From Catajapyx aquilonaris (Eukaryota): DNA of 64,000 bases. The DNA is taken from positions 1-64,000 of the forward strand of contig KZ538500.1 in NCBI GenBank assembly GCA_000934665.2. Reading direction: 5' to 3'. This document shows, piece after piece, positions 1-14,235 of the stretch (position 1 is its first letter; every line of letters begins with the position of its first letter). The notes under the pieces are model-generated. The model was not told where the DNA came from, made no database searches, and was given only the letters and a program-made list of their open reading frames with translations. A program made the position numbers and the translations under genes.

Positions 1-329
1 AATTATATTATTCTTGACAACCTGCCCTTGTTCTATTGTTTTCATTGTTGAATATGCAATGTTTGATTATTGTAGAACATGAGTGAGAGAGGCATATGCA
101 TCATTTGGGCTTGTTGACAGCCAGGGTTGCCAGGCAATTGCTTAATCTGCTGAAAACCCCCCTTAGACTCAAAAAAATTCGGGTTTGGGACTTTTTGCGG
201 GGTCAGTGATAGGTAAGACATGGCTCTGAGAAATTTGAGCGCTCTCCGTGCCCGGGAAGTGGCTTAATTAGGCGTGACATACATACATTTATTAATACGT
301 ACAAATTTTGAGCTTTATATATATGGGGA
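1..329 (-). mobile_element. Possible 5' part of a non-autonomous Helitron (other end not located in the window)
   Basis: Minus strand reads A|TCCCCATATATATAAAGCTC...ATGTATGTATGTCACGC; homology with the upstream region of paralog 14 begins right after, near 334. Confidence 0.4.
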
Positions 330-793
330 TTTACGAACATGTGATTAAATAGAAAGTAAAGGGATAAATGTCAGATTAAAATCCTACATAATCATGTCCC
401 TACACAAACAACATCACGCTACCAAAACCCCTTGCTGAATCAATATTTCACCCATTGTATCACGGTGGGCCATTTTTAAAACGTGTTTACTCGAACCCCA
501 CAAACCTCACCCAGCTTCAAGTACCGATATCTTTGGCTACATTCAATTTTCATATCTGAGCCAACGCTATCATAGTTCTGTCCACTGCCGCCGGCGTCAC
601 TGGTCGCCTCTTTGGAACTATTGCGCACATCATTTTGTCCTTGGCCAAGGACTAGACAGTATTTTATCAGCATCCTACACGACAAGAGAGTAGGAACTGA
701 AGCAAGTGTATACAGCTGGGCTGCATCTGGCTTATACGGGCAGACCTCCGGACATCTTCAATGCAGCAGTGCAACTAATAGGAGTGAAGCAAA

Positions 794-3039
794 ATGTTGT
801 GGGTTATTATTGGGTGCCTCATTGCGGCGCTGCTCGGGATCATCGTTCTGGTTGCAACGTTGGTGATCTGGAATACTAAAAGGTGGGAAAGTGCAGGATT
901 TGATGCAATACCCCCTTCAGTTATATGGAAAAGTTACGTAAGACAATTCCTGGTAACTAAATCCAATGGCGACTCAGATCTGGATATTTACAATTACTTT
1001 GTGCGTACTGGTGCTAAGTGCGGAGGAGCAGTCGAAATGTTTGGTTCCACCTTCTGGATTGTGGATCCGGACCTGATGAGAAGCATGTACATCAAGGATT
1101 TCGATCACTTTGTGGACAGACCTGTATTTGAATTAGGCGGAAAGGACAGTTACTTTAACCAGTCAGTAGGCAACCTGCTTGGCCAGCAGTGGAAAGACGT
1201 GAGGAACGTAATGTCTCCTACCTTCACCTCCGGGAAAATCAAACTGATGTTCCAGTCCATGCCTAAATCCTGCCAGAAGCTGACAGATTATCTGCAGAAA
1301 AAGGCTGAACTTGGCGAAGCTGTGGAAATGCAAGATGCTTTTGGGAGGCTGGTGATGGACCTGGTGGCAATCACTTCCTTTGGGATCGACATCGACTCAT
1401 TCAAAGATCCGGATGCGCCCTTTCCACGGATTGCTAAGAAGCTCTTTAATCCAGATGTGCCCGGATTCATACTTGCTATGGTCAATATTGTTGCTCCCCG
1501 TTTTGTGAATTTCCTGCGCATGCTGCGTGTCCCTTTACCTGAATCTAACGAGGTCGACCAATACTTTTCATCGGTGGTCAAAGATGCGATTGAACATCGC
1601 GAAAGGAGTGGAGTGAAAGGAAGGGACTTTCTTCAGTTGCTTCTGGATGCCAGGAAAGGCGAGTTGGACTATCTTGAGTCGGACAATCTAATCGGATACA
1701 ACCCCAGTTCTGACCAGATCGACACAGAAAAACGCAAGGCCCTCTCCAAAGCAGGTAGACGAACAAATTAGTAGAGTCTACCATATTGAGTTGAGCTAAA
1801 ACTGCTGCTGTGTAATTTATTTTTGCAGTGTTGACGGAGCATCTCGTGATAGCGCAATGCATAATATTTCTCGTCGCTGGTTATGAAACGACATCTATTA
1901 CATTGTCACTTGCTGCCTATGAGATGGCTGTCAACCCGGACATCCAGGAGAAGGCGTATGAGGAGGTGAAGGAAGCAGCGGACAAACACGATGGGCATTT
2001 GACTTATGATGACGTTATGAACATGGAGCTATTAGACAAAATTATCCATGGTGAGGCACAGGTTTAATACGCTCGTAATATAATAATTATATATAATTTA
2101 TTAGCATTGTTTGTAATAATATTGTGAAAAGAATAGCTGTCATTATGTGCAACATAAATAATACGTCGTATGTTGTCATAATTTTAAGTTATATTAAGTC
2201 CTGTATGATTTGAATTGTTTCGGAATGTTTGCAATATTTTAGTAACGATAATGTAACCCAAGCGGTGTAGAACGGGTGCCATTGCGTATATTTTGCATAG
2301 TTGAAATGTTCCGAATTTGCTGGACTCATGTTACTGACGTGTTAAGGTAGATATTGCGTTTAAAATGAGCGTGTCGGATATACAGTATATGGTACCTACA
2401 AAGCAATATCTGCACCTGATAAAAAGTAACCGTCTATATCCTGAGCCACAAGTCAGTGTGATCATTTCTGTCAATGGGGATGACATGATTCTCTCGTGTT
2501 AACTCATGCTATGATACTGTGCTATTTCAGAAACACTACGTATACACAATCCTACAGTAAGGATAGCAAGGACCTGCACCAAAGATTACCAGGTTCCAGG
2601 GACAAATGCTACAATTACAAAAGGGACGACAGTGATGATTCCTTCTCTCGCTATACAACGCGACGAGCGTTATTTTCCCAACCCGATGAAGTTTGATCCT
2701 GAGAGATTCAGCTCTGAAGAGAAGGCAAAGAGGTCCCCATATCTTTATCAACCTTTTGGGCATGGACCTCGAAATTGCATAGGTATGACAAGAATACCAG
2801 TAGCGTCTATGTACCCCAGTATCTAGTAGGTAAGTGTAGGTTGCTAATGCTGGTTCTTACTCTCTTGAACAGGAATGCGTTTCGCTCTGATGCAAGCCAA
2901 AACAATCCTGGCACACACCATCCTCAACTTCCGTCTTCATCCTAGCGAGAAGACTACGATTCCGATGAAATATTCCATGACTGCTCTTCTGCTTAAGGCC
3001 AAAGAGGGAGTGTGGCTGAGACTTGAAAAGAGAAAATGA
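794..3039 (+). CDS. Cytochrome P450, CYP3 clan (paralog 1, 'MLW' subfamily); exons 794-1754, 1829-2050, 2531-2782, 2873-3039; about 533 aa
   Basis: N-terminal TM anchor, [14 protein letters not shown] (C-helix), PTFTSGKIK, AGYETT (I-helix), ETLR, FDPERF and heme motif [15 protein letters not shown] split by a GT-AG intron; exon lengths sum to 1602 nt, in frame. Confidence 0.93.
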
Positions 3040-3541
3040 CTTGCTGAACCGAACCAATGATAAAATAATGTTGGGGAGCAAAAAAGTATTCTCGCCTTTC
3101 ATGCCAATTACTGCCTTTGTGATAAAGCTTTAAGTCCCGTTGATATCACCTTAAATAAAACGTGCACCTCCTATTTGATCCTTAACCCATATTCCTATTT
3201 ACCGCTCAACAAATGATTATTATTTTAACATGCAGTTTATACAAATAATCGGAATGCTTTTTAACATATTGGAATGGGCAGCAAACCTAGTAAATATAGA
3301 ATTATAATGCGGACGCATATCAATCATGGCACCAACCCGTATTAACCCGACAAACATTCTTGTCAGTCACAGTCAAGGTTAGCCATACTGCAAGCGATTT
3401 TTTCTATCAAATTGCGTAAAGAGTACTCATGACCTTGGCTGTGGGAGTACTTCACAGTCATCACATGACAAGGGAGGTGAAAACACTGCGCAGCCGGAGC
3501 AACAGGAAGCGGAAAAGTTAGTTGCATCACTGCCTAGCATA

Positions 3542-5256
3542 ATGTGGTGGATTTTTTGGTGCCCTCTTCTGGCCTTGGTGGTCGGAATCCCAGTGTTAGT
3601 GACCACGTTTTGAACACCGGCAACAAGTACGGCGGAGTGGTGGACTTCTTCGGAGCCGGATCCGGACCTGATGAGGAACATACTTGTGAAAGATTTTGAT
3701 CACTTTGTGGACAGGCAACACTTCGACTTCGGAGAACACGATGTGTACAACAACCTGCAAGTGTCCAACCTTCACGGAGAGCATTGGAAGACTGTCAGGA
3801 GCATCATGTCTCCAACATTCACGTTCGGAAAAATAAAGATGATTTTTCTTTCCATCTGGAAGTGTTGCCAGCAGCTGACAACTTACCTGGAGCATAAAGC
3901 TGAAGGTGGAGAAGAGGTGGACATGAAAGATTGTTATGGAAGAATGGTTATGGACGTGGTGGCACGTTCTGCTTTCGGGGTCGAGTGCGACTCTTTCAAT
4001 GATCCGGAGGCTGTGTTTCCGCAAATGGCCCACAAGCTGGGGAACAGATGACCTTTTGGGGTAGCCTTTTTTGTACTGATGATGGCGGCACCTTGGTTCG
4101 TCAATTTCTTGCGCAGGATCGGAGCTTCTTTGCCCGAAGAGAAGGACCGAGTGCAGTATTTTGCAGATGATTGGGGTGAAAGAAGCAATTGTCGCGAGAG
4201 ACATGAGTGGCATTTAAACCATAGATTTTTTTGCAGCTGCTCTTGGATGCCATGAAGGGAGAAATGGAGGAAGAGGACATCCTGATAGGATATGAAGCCA
4301 GCTCAGATCAAAGGGCTCAAGAAGACAAAATGTAAATGTCCAAAGCAGGTTTTAACAGTATAAGTCATTATTTATTATCGCTACGGACCCCCAGAATGAT
4401 GAATGTGTAATATTTTTGACAATTATTTCAGTTCTGACAGAATCGCTTATTATCGCTCAGTGTGTGCTGTTTTTCGTGGTTGGCTATGAAACGTCAGCCA
4501 ATTCTTTGACATTCGCTGCCTATGAACTGGCCGTCAACCCTGATATTCAGGAGAAATTGTACGAAGAGGTGAAAGAAGAGGCAGACAAACATGATGGAAA
4601 TATTTCATAATTAAGATTCAATTAATTATGACATTGGATTTACTGGACAAATTTTTCCAAGGTGAGCAACAATTTACTAGCGCACTATCTTATACTTGTG
4701 TGTAAGTGCAACTGAACTATAATGGAAACTATGTTTATTGCTCTTTTAGAGACATTGCGGTTTCATTCGCCTAAGACAAGGATATTGAGGCAATGCACCA
4801 AAGACTACCGTATTACAGGAACGGACAATGTTATCAAAAAGGGAAGTATGGCGACTCTCCCTACATTTGGACTACATCGTGACGAGAGATATTTTACTAA
4901 CCCAGAAAAATTTGACCCTGAGAGATTGAGCACTAAAGAAAAAGCGAAGAGGCACCAGTATGTGTACCAACCATTTGGACATGGCCCACGAAATTGTTTA
5001 GGTGAGTTTAAGCTATACCTATGCTTATGAGTTATTCTTGCACAATTCTTTTTTGAGTAGTCTAGTAAATATTGTTTTCTCTCCAACAGGCATGCGCTTC
5101 GCGTTAACGGAAGCTAAAGCCGCTCTGGCAGCAAGTGTCCTTAATTTTAGATTTCATCCCACCGAAAGAACCGAGATCCCAATAAAATACGCCACAAATG
5201 CATTATTTCTTCAAGCGAGAGGGGGAATCTGGTTGAGAGTTAAGAAAAGGGATTAA
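3542..5256 (+). pseudogene. CYP3-clan P450 pseudogene (paralog 2)
   Basis: MWW start at 3542, then TGA at 3611-3613 and a deletion relative to paralogs; further stops at 4049-4051 and 4608-4610. Exons 3 and 4 still recognisable ([24 protein letters not shown]). Confidence 0.88.
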
Positions 5257-6143
5257 AGTAACTTCATTACGAACCCTTTTTCCTTGGTTAAAAAGTGGGA
5301 GTCCAATATAAAGTTGCTTCCTGAATATAAGGCCTTCCCTTCTCATAAGGAGAGCGGAACCATGGTTACCGCAAGAGTCAGTATATGCCATAGAAGAAAC
5401 TAACATAAATTATCCTCTTCATTATCATCACCGCCATTTTTCAAAATAAAAGTGAATTCAGCGCTGAAGCATGAAATTCAAGATGAAAATGCCAACTAAT
5501 AATCTAGCAAATATGTCCTCGACACACTTTATACATAACTTGTATATTATAAATATTTTTTAATGGTTTTGTGCTGAAATTGTGTACAAATAGCATTTTT
5601 AAGGGACATGTAACATGCGTACCGGTAATAAAAATTGGGTAATGATAATGCGTAATATGCTTCAGTTTTGCGGCTGTCTGTACAGTCATGTGAGGGAAAA
5701 AATCCGCAAGCGACTAAAATCACTCGGGCAACCCGGCGATGAAAGACATAATGACGTATATCTTATATTGACTCCCGTTGCTAGGATGTTCCCGCGTGGG
5801 ATGCATTCTGCCAATTGGAGGGCTTCCAGGTTATTTTTGGAGACATGTTGGCAAGGAGACTTTATTGATCACGTTGGACCCTCATACGTAAAATACAAAA
5901 ATCGTAAAAAATAATGCAGTGTTTTATCCTATTGTCTAATTTAAAAAAAGTGTGTAGCTGATAGCAACTTGTGACAGCAAAGTCTGCTGGTCTTGTTACG
6001 CAACTCACAACATTGGACATTGGGAAGCGCAGCAGCAACAGGCAGGGGGTGATTCATATACGCAGGCTATACCAGGCAGTTCATTGGCTCAGTCAGCCGG
6101 AGAAGACACGCGTGACGCAAGTGACTAGTCAACACTAGTGACA

Positions 6144-8065
6144 ATGTGGTGGATTTTGTCCTACGTTCTTCTTGCCATTGTGTTGGGAATCGCGCTGTTG
6201 TTGGCTGCCTTTCTGTTATGGAGTGAAATGTTCTGGAAAGATAGTGGGTTTCAAGCTCTGCCTGCCACCTTCATCCTGAAGAGCATGATTCGGGCATTAT
6301 TTGTGACTAAATCCAACGGGGATGTCGACCAGGAAATTTACGAGGAATTTGTGAAAACTGGTGTGAAGGTAGGAGGCGTGGTCGACTTCATTGGACCCAA
6401 CCTGTGGATTCTGGATCCGGATCTGATGCGGCTCATATTCGTCAAAGATTTCGACCACTTTGTGGACAGGCAGACGTTCGACTTTGGCGACAATGAGGAT
6501 CTCAACAACAAAGGACTTCCCAATCTGACCGGCCAGCTGTGGAAACATGTCAGGAAAGTAGTAAACCCAATATTCACGTCTGGAAATATGAAAAATATTT
6601 TTCAAATTATCTCAACAAATTGCGAGCATCTGGTCGATTATATTTATGAAAAAACTGCACGTGGAGAGCATGTGGAGATGAAAGACACTTACGCAAGGCT
6701 AGTTATGGACGTGATAGCCAGCTCTGCTTTTGGAGTCGACTGCAACTCCTTCCGAGATCCAAATGTTGTGTTTTCACAGAAGGCTAAGAAGTTGATTAAT
6801 CCTGGTGCATTTGGATTCATGTTGATGACATTGATGCTGGTTACGCCATCTTTCGTGAATTTATTGCAAAAGTTGCGCATCCCATTGCCTGAAGACGTAG
6901 AGCTGTCCAAATATTTTGCCAATATGTTGAGAGAAGCCATCGCCGAAAGGGAGCAGGGTTGGGTGAAGAGGAATGACTTGTTGCAATTGCTACTCGACGC
7001 AAGGAAGGGAGAGTTGGAGGAAGATGGTGAATTTGACACCAACCAGGCCATTTCAGGCAAAGATGGTAAAGTTGGAAGGTTTCTTTTTTCCATAAAGCCA
7101 AACAATATTTTGCATTTTCAGTGTTGACGGAGGCAGTTGTCATCGCGCAGTGCGTAACATTCTTCATGGTCGGCTATGAAACAACAGGGAGCACGTTGTC
7201 TTTTGCAGCCTATGAGTTGGCTTGCCATCAAGATATTCAGGAAAAGCTGTACCTAGAGGTGAAAGAGGCGGCAAATGAGAATGGCGGTCAGCTGACGTAC
7301 AATTCGGTCATGAAGATGGAATATTTGGATAAGGTCATACGCGGTGAGTTGCACAACCTATACTCGTACAACTACAATAGTAACAACAGTTAGATACGGA
7401 TAAAATTGTTATAAAATTTCTGACATGCCCGAAGGAAAATTTAGGTTCATTTTTAGACTGTTTGAGATGCTGGATATCACGGTTATTACTATAGATTGAT
7501 GCAAAAAATGAGCAGTTGTGCATTGTCGTCTATCACGTGACATCAGCTCAATGCTAAATGAAACAATTTCAGAGGTGCTTCGCCTGCATGCTCCAACAAC
7601 TAGAAACTGGCGGAAGTGCACGAAGGACTACCAGATTCCAGGAACAGGGCAGGTTATTCGGAAAGGCACCTTACTGACATTTCCATTCTTTGTTATCCAT
7701 CGGGACGAGAGGTATTATCCAAACCCAACCAAGTTCGATCCAGAGAGATTCAGCCCAGATGAGAAGGCAAAGCGTCACCAGTTCGTCTACCAGCCTTTCG
7801 GACACGGACCTCGCAACTGCATAGGTATACATACACATATAGAAAATATTCCGTACTTAGCTTAATGTTACGTCTCCTTTAAACAGGCATGCGCTTTGCC
7901 CTGATGGAAACCAAGACGGCTCTGGCGTCCACGGTGCTCCATTACCAGCTTCAAGCTACGGAGAAAACGGTGTTTCCAATGCAGTACGCGATTTCCATGG
8001 ATGCACTTTTGTTGAGCTCAAAATTTGGCATCTGGCTTCGAATGGAAAGAAGAGAGTACCAGTAA
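6144..8065 (+). CDS. Cytochrome P450, CYP3 clan (paralog 3); exons about 6144-7065, 7122-7343, 7573-7824, 7887-8065
   Basis: [45 protein letters not shown]; open frame across the inferred exons. The exon-1 donor is slightly uncertain. Confidence 0.9.
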
Positions 8066-8542
8066 ATCAGTGTTATGTGGGCCATGCGTTGATGTGCTGA
8101 CCAATATTCCATGGGGACATTACTTTGCTTGATCCTTGTCTTTCATGTAACCTGCTTATACGTAGATACAGTTAGGCAGCAAAAACGAAGGGTGTAGAGG
8201 CGGCTAAGTGGTTCAAGTCATGTCATGTCACATCTGAGGTTCCTAAATTATTATTGTTCCCCCGAAGAAGAGCTTAGATGCGGTGTCCTCTGCATGCACC
8301 TTGGTATTCACGCAGATTTTGTCGGGTGTTGTTCCATTATTTTCCTCTCCATAATCAGTGTGGTTCTGAATTATAATGTCGGGTTAAATTTAAAGCGGTT
8401 CTAATAGGCCACCGTAGTTAATTCTAAGTTGTCAACGACGTTATATAGACTTCTGGAGCAATTTCGTCATGTACCGATAATTTGTTTTGGCATGTAGACC
8501 TCCGAAACATGTAGTGTACAGTACTGGCATGTAGTGCGTACT

Positions 8543-8618
8543 GTATGCATGTATGTATGTATGTATGTATGTATGTATGTATGTATGTATGTATGTATGT
8601 ATGTATGTATGTATGTAT
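8543..8618. repeat. (TATG)n microsatellite
   Basis: Direct tandem TATG run. Confidence 0.95.
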
Positions 8619-9478
8619 GGGTGAATGTAAGTTATACGGTAGGCCTACTGCATATGATTGTATAAAAGAAATCTTAATAAAATTCACAATTTTCCAACCA
8701 ACATAATGTAAAATCTACGCATGTATACACGAAACATATGAAATATATCGTAATAAAATGCACAACTATCCCGCCAACTTGTACCGAGTAATTCAAAATA
8801 CTTGTCCGACTATATGGCTATTTTTGGCACTAAGCCGATTATTTTAATCGCGTTATTGTGCAGCATGCTTTTAATGATTAACAAAAGTTTTCGCTGCTAA
8901 TATTAGGCCGAATTGACATATATCTATCCAAGTTGTGCAACGAACGTTAAAAAAAAGAGTTTTCTGGCAGAGTCACTTACATAATGTAATCCCCAAAATA
9001 AGACCTCATCACATGCGGTTATGTTTAGGAAATGTAGATGCGAGAAAACCAGTTTTATATCAAATCGCACTACCATAAACGTTTTGATTTCGTCAGCAGC
9101 CTTGATGACACCTACACTATGAGATCTATTTACATAGGCAAAACACTTCCTTCACCCTGAGGATAAAATGCCATAGTATGCGTTATGGAAAAAAGGAATA
9201 TGCGTATTCTGCATGCACAAATCGATATCGTTTGTTTAGCAATTTGTTTTACAATATATCAACAACTAGTTCCCAAACGAGACTGCGTGTCGCCGGAGTT
9301 AAAAGTGGGAATGAGAACACGTGCATTTGTTTACTTCCAATCGCCTTGACCGTGTCTCAAACAGCTTTAAATACACACTCGCCTACCACCATTGCATAAG
9401 TCCCTTGGAATAGCTCTAAGTGTAGGCATGCTGTGCGGAGAGTGACCCCGAAATGTATCAGTCGCTTAGGAGGCCAAC

Positions 9479-11260
9479 ATGGACCTGGTGGTTGTCTCTT
9501 TGCTGGCTGCAGTATTTCTGGTTATGGTGTATGTCTGGGGGACCAGGAACAATTCGTACTGGCGCAAAAAAGGTGTGGTCCAGCTGGAGCCAGCATTTCT
9601 AGTGGGAAATATCAGTGACCTCCTGTTAGTGCGAAAGTCCATCCATGACTTTGACCTCGATATGTACCGCGCGTTGGAAGGTCATCGCTTCGGGGGATTC
9701 TACGAGCTCTGGAAGCCTGCCTTGTGTATACGCGATCCGGATCTGATCAGAGACATGACGGTCAAATGTTTCGATCATTTCGTGGATCGCAGGTCATTCG
9801 ATTTGGACGACTCGGCCGTTTACGTCAAATTGATGCTTCTGTCTCTGAAAGGCCAACAGTGGAAGGACGTGAGGAGTGTGATCAGTCCGACGTTCACTTC
9901 TGGCAAGATGAAGAGGATGTTCGGTTCGGTTGTGGAATGTGCGGAACACCTGGCAGAATACTTGTCCGCGTTCGCAAAAAGCAAAGAGAATGTGGATATG
10001 AGAGATGCTTTTGGGAGGTTCACCATGGATGTGATTGCCAACACTGGGTTTGGAGTTCAGTGCAATAATTCGTTCAAAAGCAAGGAGTCAGCGTTCACAA
10101 GGATGGCCGAGAGGTTCATGTCTCCTGGGGCAATTAGGATATTTTTTTTGCTGATGCACAACATGTTGCCGAAATTTGTGGCTAATTTTTTTCGCCTGCC
10201 TACATTTGACAAGGAAGCGATGGACTTTTTTGTGGCCATCATCAAAGAGACTGTGGCACATAGGGAGAAAAGTGGGGTAAAAGGAAATGATTATCTGCAG
10301 CTTCTGATGGATGCCAGGAAGGGAGAACTTGAGGGCTACGAGTTAGATTCACAGGAACCAAGTAAATGTTCAAAGCAAGGTCAGTATTTATTTTATTTTT
10401 CATTTTATTTATTCTATCCCATGATAGCCCTTTTAGGGGGACATCAGATGCACTTTATTAGAAAATGTGAAACCAGTGATTACAGGACTTTATGTTTCAG
10501 TGCTGTCGGAACCAATGTTAATCGCCCAGGGACTCCTCTTTTTCCTCGCCGGTTTTGAAACAACGGCATCTGCCCTGTCTTTCTTAACCTACGAACTGGC
10601 AAGAAATCCCAGTGTGCAAGAAAAAGTAGCTCAAGAGGTAAACAACGTACTGAGAAAACACGGTGGTAAAATCACCTATGATGGTATCAATGAGATGGTT
10701 TATTTGGACATGGTTTTGCAAGGTGATTGACCGTTTTCTCGCATAATATTCAGCATGATTATTTAAAAACTCTTCCAGAATCTCTCCGACTGCATACACC
10801 AGCCTCCAGGGTGGAACGAGTATGCACTGCGGACTATGTCATTCCTGAAACAAGTGTGGTGATAGAAAAGGGAACTATCGTATTGGCTCCGATTTCAGGG
10901 ATTCATTATGACGAAAATTATTACCCGGATCCTGAGCGATTTTGTCCTGATCGATTTAGCCCAGAAGAAAAGGAAGAGCGCCATCCTTACACAAACTTGA
11001 CATTTGGTCATGGACCAAGAAACTGCATAGGTGAGCTGGCAAATACAGAATCATAACATAATTAATCTTAACTAAAATAAATTTAAATTCCAGGACAACG
11101 GTTTGCTCTGATGGAAACCAAAGCAGCAGCGGCTATGGTCATCAGCAATTACCGCCTCTGGACAAGTCAAAGGACACAAATTCCTATCAAGTATTTTAAG
11201 AGAAGCAACGTACTAAAAGCAGAGGATGGTATTTGGTTGAGATTAGAGAATAGAACCTGA
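9479..11260 (+). CDS. Cytochrome P450, CYP3 clan, divergent member (paralog 4); exons 9479-10379, 10501-10722, 10779-11030, 11094-11260
   Basis: YWRKKGV-x-[51 protein letters not shown]. Confidence 0.92.
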
Positions 11261-12373
11261 GCAATAATACACGGTACAGTCGTTTGCACTTTCGAGGTTT
11301 GGACTATCATAATAGCAGATCTATAGCAAAACCGCACAAAGAATGCTGTGTTACATTTTTTAGGCGAATCACTTTGTAGCGCTCACAACTTTGTATTGGT
11401 GACTCAGGCATGTGCAGCAGTCCATCACAGTAGACCGCAATTAATTTACTTGAACCTCGTTTATGTGTGTGATAAAATTTATTTTAACAATGGGTACACC
11501 AAGGGGTACACTCTACACTTGGACTCGTGACTCCATAATAGTGTAGTTCCATATTTCGCATTTTTGACTCTTAAATTATAGCATTCAAAATAGCAACAGA
11601 ATACTTGCTGTGACACTTCTACTTGTGGGTTATTTATATGGCACTGCATAACTTGTATTAACTTATCTTCTAAGGTAACCAGACACATAAAGAGTGATCC
11701 AAAATACTTATCCGATATACATTTGGCTATTTGTGAATTCTTGTTTCGGTTCTTTGCAAAACAGAAGGACCCCTGGGCTGCTCAATAATAATATTGTGCA
11801 AATAACATTATTGTTGCATCATAAATTACATGCATGACCTTTATGTACACTTAAATTACTCATGCGAAAAGATACGCGCACCAGAATGAACGTGCTGACC
11901 TTGGATTTTTTTTTTTTNNNGGGGGGGGGGGGGTCTGAACAAGTCATGTGGCACATCATTGGAGAAATAGCAACACTACGATGCAGTGTTACGGTATATG
12001 TTTTTAACTATAACATCTTTAATAACTAACTTATTTGAGCCCTTGTACCGACATGTACTACATACTCTGTTAAGCACCCTGCTTTCCTAACATTAGTAAC
12101 AAAATTCAAGTGGAATGTTGCAAATAACTTTAACTAAAGTACCGGTACTCAGATAAAGATTAAGACCCGACTATATATCGACCTATATCAAGAATAAATA
12201 ATATTGCGTCATTATTCAGCTTTATTTATCAGTCACGACTCTGCTGACTGTATGACCTTCAGACTGGAAAAAAAATCAGAAAAAAGTGAGTGGGCCGGAC
12301 TGTTCATCCGTAGAGTGCACAAGCAGTGTGCTACTCGAGTGGCGCAGTTTATTACAACCAAGTTACATCCAAA

Positions 12374-14235
12374 ATGTGGTGGCTTCTGTGGTACGCACTT
12401 CTCATCCCAGTGGTGGGGATCCCCTTGCTTGTGGCCACCTTTCTGCTGTGGAGCGACCGATACTGGAAATCACTGGGATTTCCAACCTTGCCTGCTACAT
12501 TTTACTGGAAGAAATTCCTGAAAGCCGTGTTTGTGACCAAATCCAACGGCAGCTTTGACCTGGATATTTATAAGTACTTGTCAGGGAAAAGGTACGCAGG
12601 ACTGATGGAGCTTACAGGCCCAAGTGTGTGGATATTAGATCCTGAACTGATGAAGAGCATTTTTGTGAAGGACTTTGATCACTTTGTGGACCGGCAGTCG
12701 TTCAATTTCGGCAAGAAGGCTGAGTACACCAATTTGATGATGTCCAACCTGCAAGGGCAGCTATGGAAGGACGTGAGGAATGTGGTGACTCCAACATTCA
12801 CTTCAGGCAAAATGAAGCGAATATTTCCGTCCGTGTGCCAGTGTGCCAATCCAATGAAGGATTTTTTTAGAAAAAAGGCTGCCAGTGGTGAATCTTTCGA
12901 GTTGAAAGATGCTTACGGGAGGTTCACTATGGACGTCATTGCAAGTTCGGCTTTTGGAGTTCAGCTTGATTCGTTCAAAGATCCAGACGCCATCTTCCCT
13001 AAAATGGCCGGCAAGTTTTTTAATCCTGGGCCACTCATGTTCATCCTTTTTGTTGCAACTATTACTTTTCCGCGGTTCATTAATTTTCTGCGGGACAACG
13101 GATTTCCCTTGCCAAGCGCGAAGGATACCACTGACTTTTTTGCTGATGTGGTTAAAGACACTGTTTCGGAGCGTGAGAAGAATGGGATCAAGAGGAATGA
13201 CTTCTTACAGTTATTGCTGGATGCCAAGAAGGGTGAACTGCAGGAGGATGCTGAGTCGGACCACTTGATTGGTTACAACTCCGCGTCCGGCCAAGAGAGA
13301 AAATCTCTTTCCAAAAAAGGTAATTTTGCAGCAGTAATATTTTCTCAGCAAGCCAATACACTTTGACTATTCAGGTTGCATAAGGTCACAACTAATGTAA
13401 CAGAATATTCACATACAATGCATCATTATTGTAATACACTATGCTTGCCAATACAGCTCTTTTTGTATTTCAGTCATGAATGAGCCTCTTCTGATATCCC
13501 AATGCTTATTATTCTTCATTGCTGGATACGAAACCACGGCAAACACCCTCTCGTTTGCTGCTTACGAAATGGCCATCAATCCAGACATCCAGGAGAGACT
13601 TTATGAAGAGGTGAAGGAAGTGACGGAAAAGCATAATGGTCAGGTCACATACGAAAGCATTTTGGAAATGGAGCTGCTGGACAAAGTCTTCTATGGTACC
13701 GAAGCTGAGAAGATCCTGTTTAGCATCTGCTAACGAGAATTATTTGTTTCCCAGAGACCCTGCGACTTCACACTCCAGCTATGAGGCTGGCCAGAAAGTG
13801 CACCAAGGACTACAAGATACCAGGAACGGATCATGTAATTCCAAAGGACACGATCGTGATGTTCCCTACATTTGCAATCCAGCGGGATGAGAAATACTTC
13901 CCCAATCCCACCAAATTCGACCCAGAGAGATTCAGCCCAGAAGAAAAGGCCAAGAGGCATCCTTACGTCTTCCAGGCATTCGGACACGGACCTAGAAATT
14001 GCGTTGGTAAGGTCACACATTAATATATTAGACATAACTTTTACTAATTAAATCTGATTAATTGACAGGAATGCGCTTCGCTATGATGGAAGCCAAGGCT
14101 GCCTTGGCCTTGACCGTACTCAACTTCCGGTTTCACCCCACGGAAAGGACGGAAATTCCCATCACGTATTCTATGGCGTCTACACTAATTAGAGCTAAAA
14201 ATGGCATTTGGCTCAGAGCAGAAGCCAGGAATTGA
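12374..14235 (+). CDS. Cytochrome P450, CYP3 clan (paralog 5); exons 12374-13319, 13474-13695, 13755-14006, 14069-14235
   Basis: MWW start, [36 protein letters not shown]. Confidence 0.92.

Noticed and set aside
3596..4213. Long antisense ORFs over P450 exon 1 (also 34499-35233 and others)
   Set aside because: Shadow frames of coding sequence; not conserved in extent among paralogs.
8190..8410. Possible degenerate SINE (A-box-like GCGGCTAAGTGG)
   Set aside because: No convincing B-box, tail or TSD.
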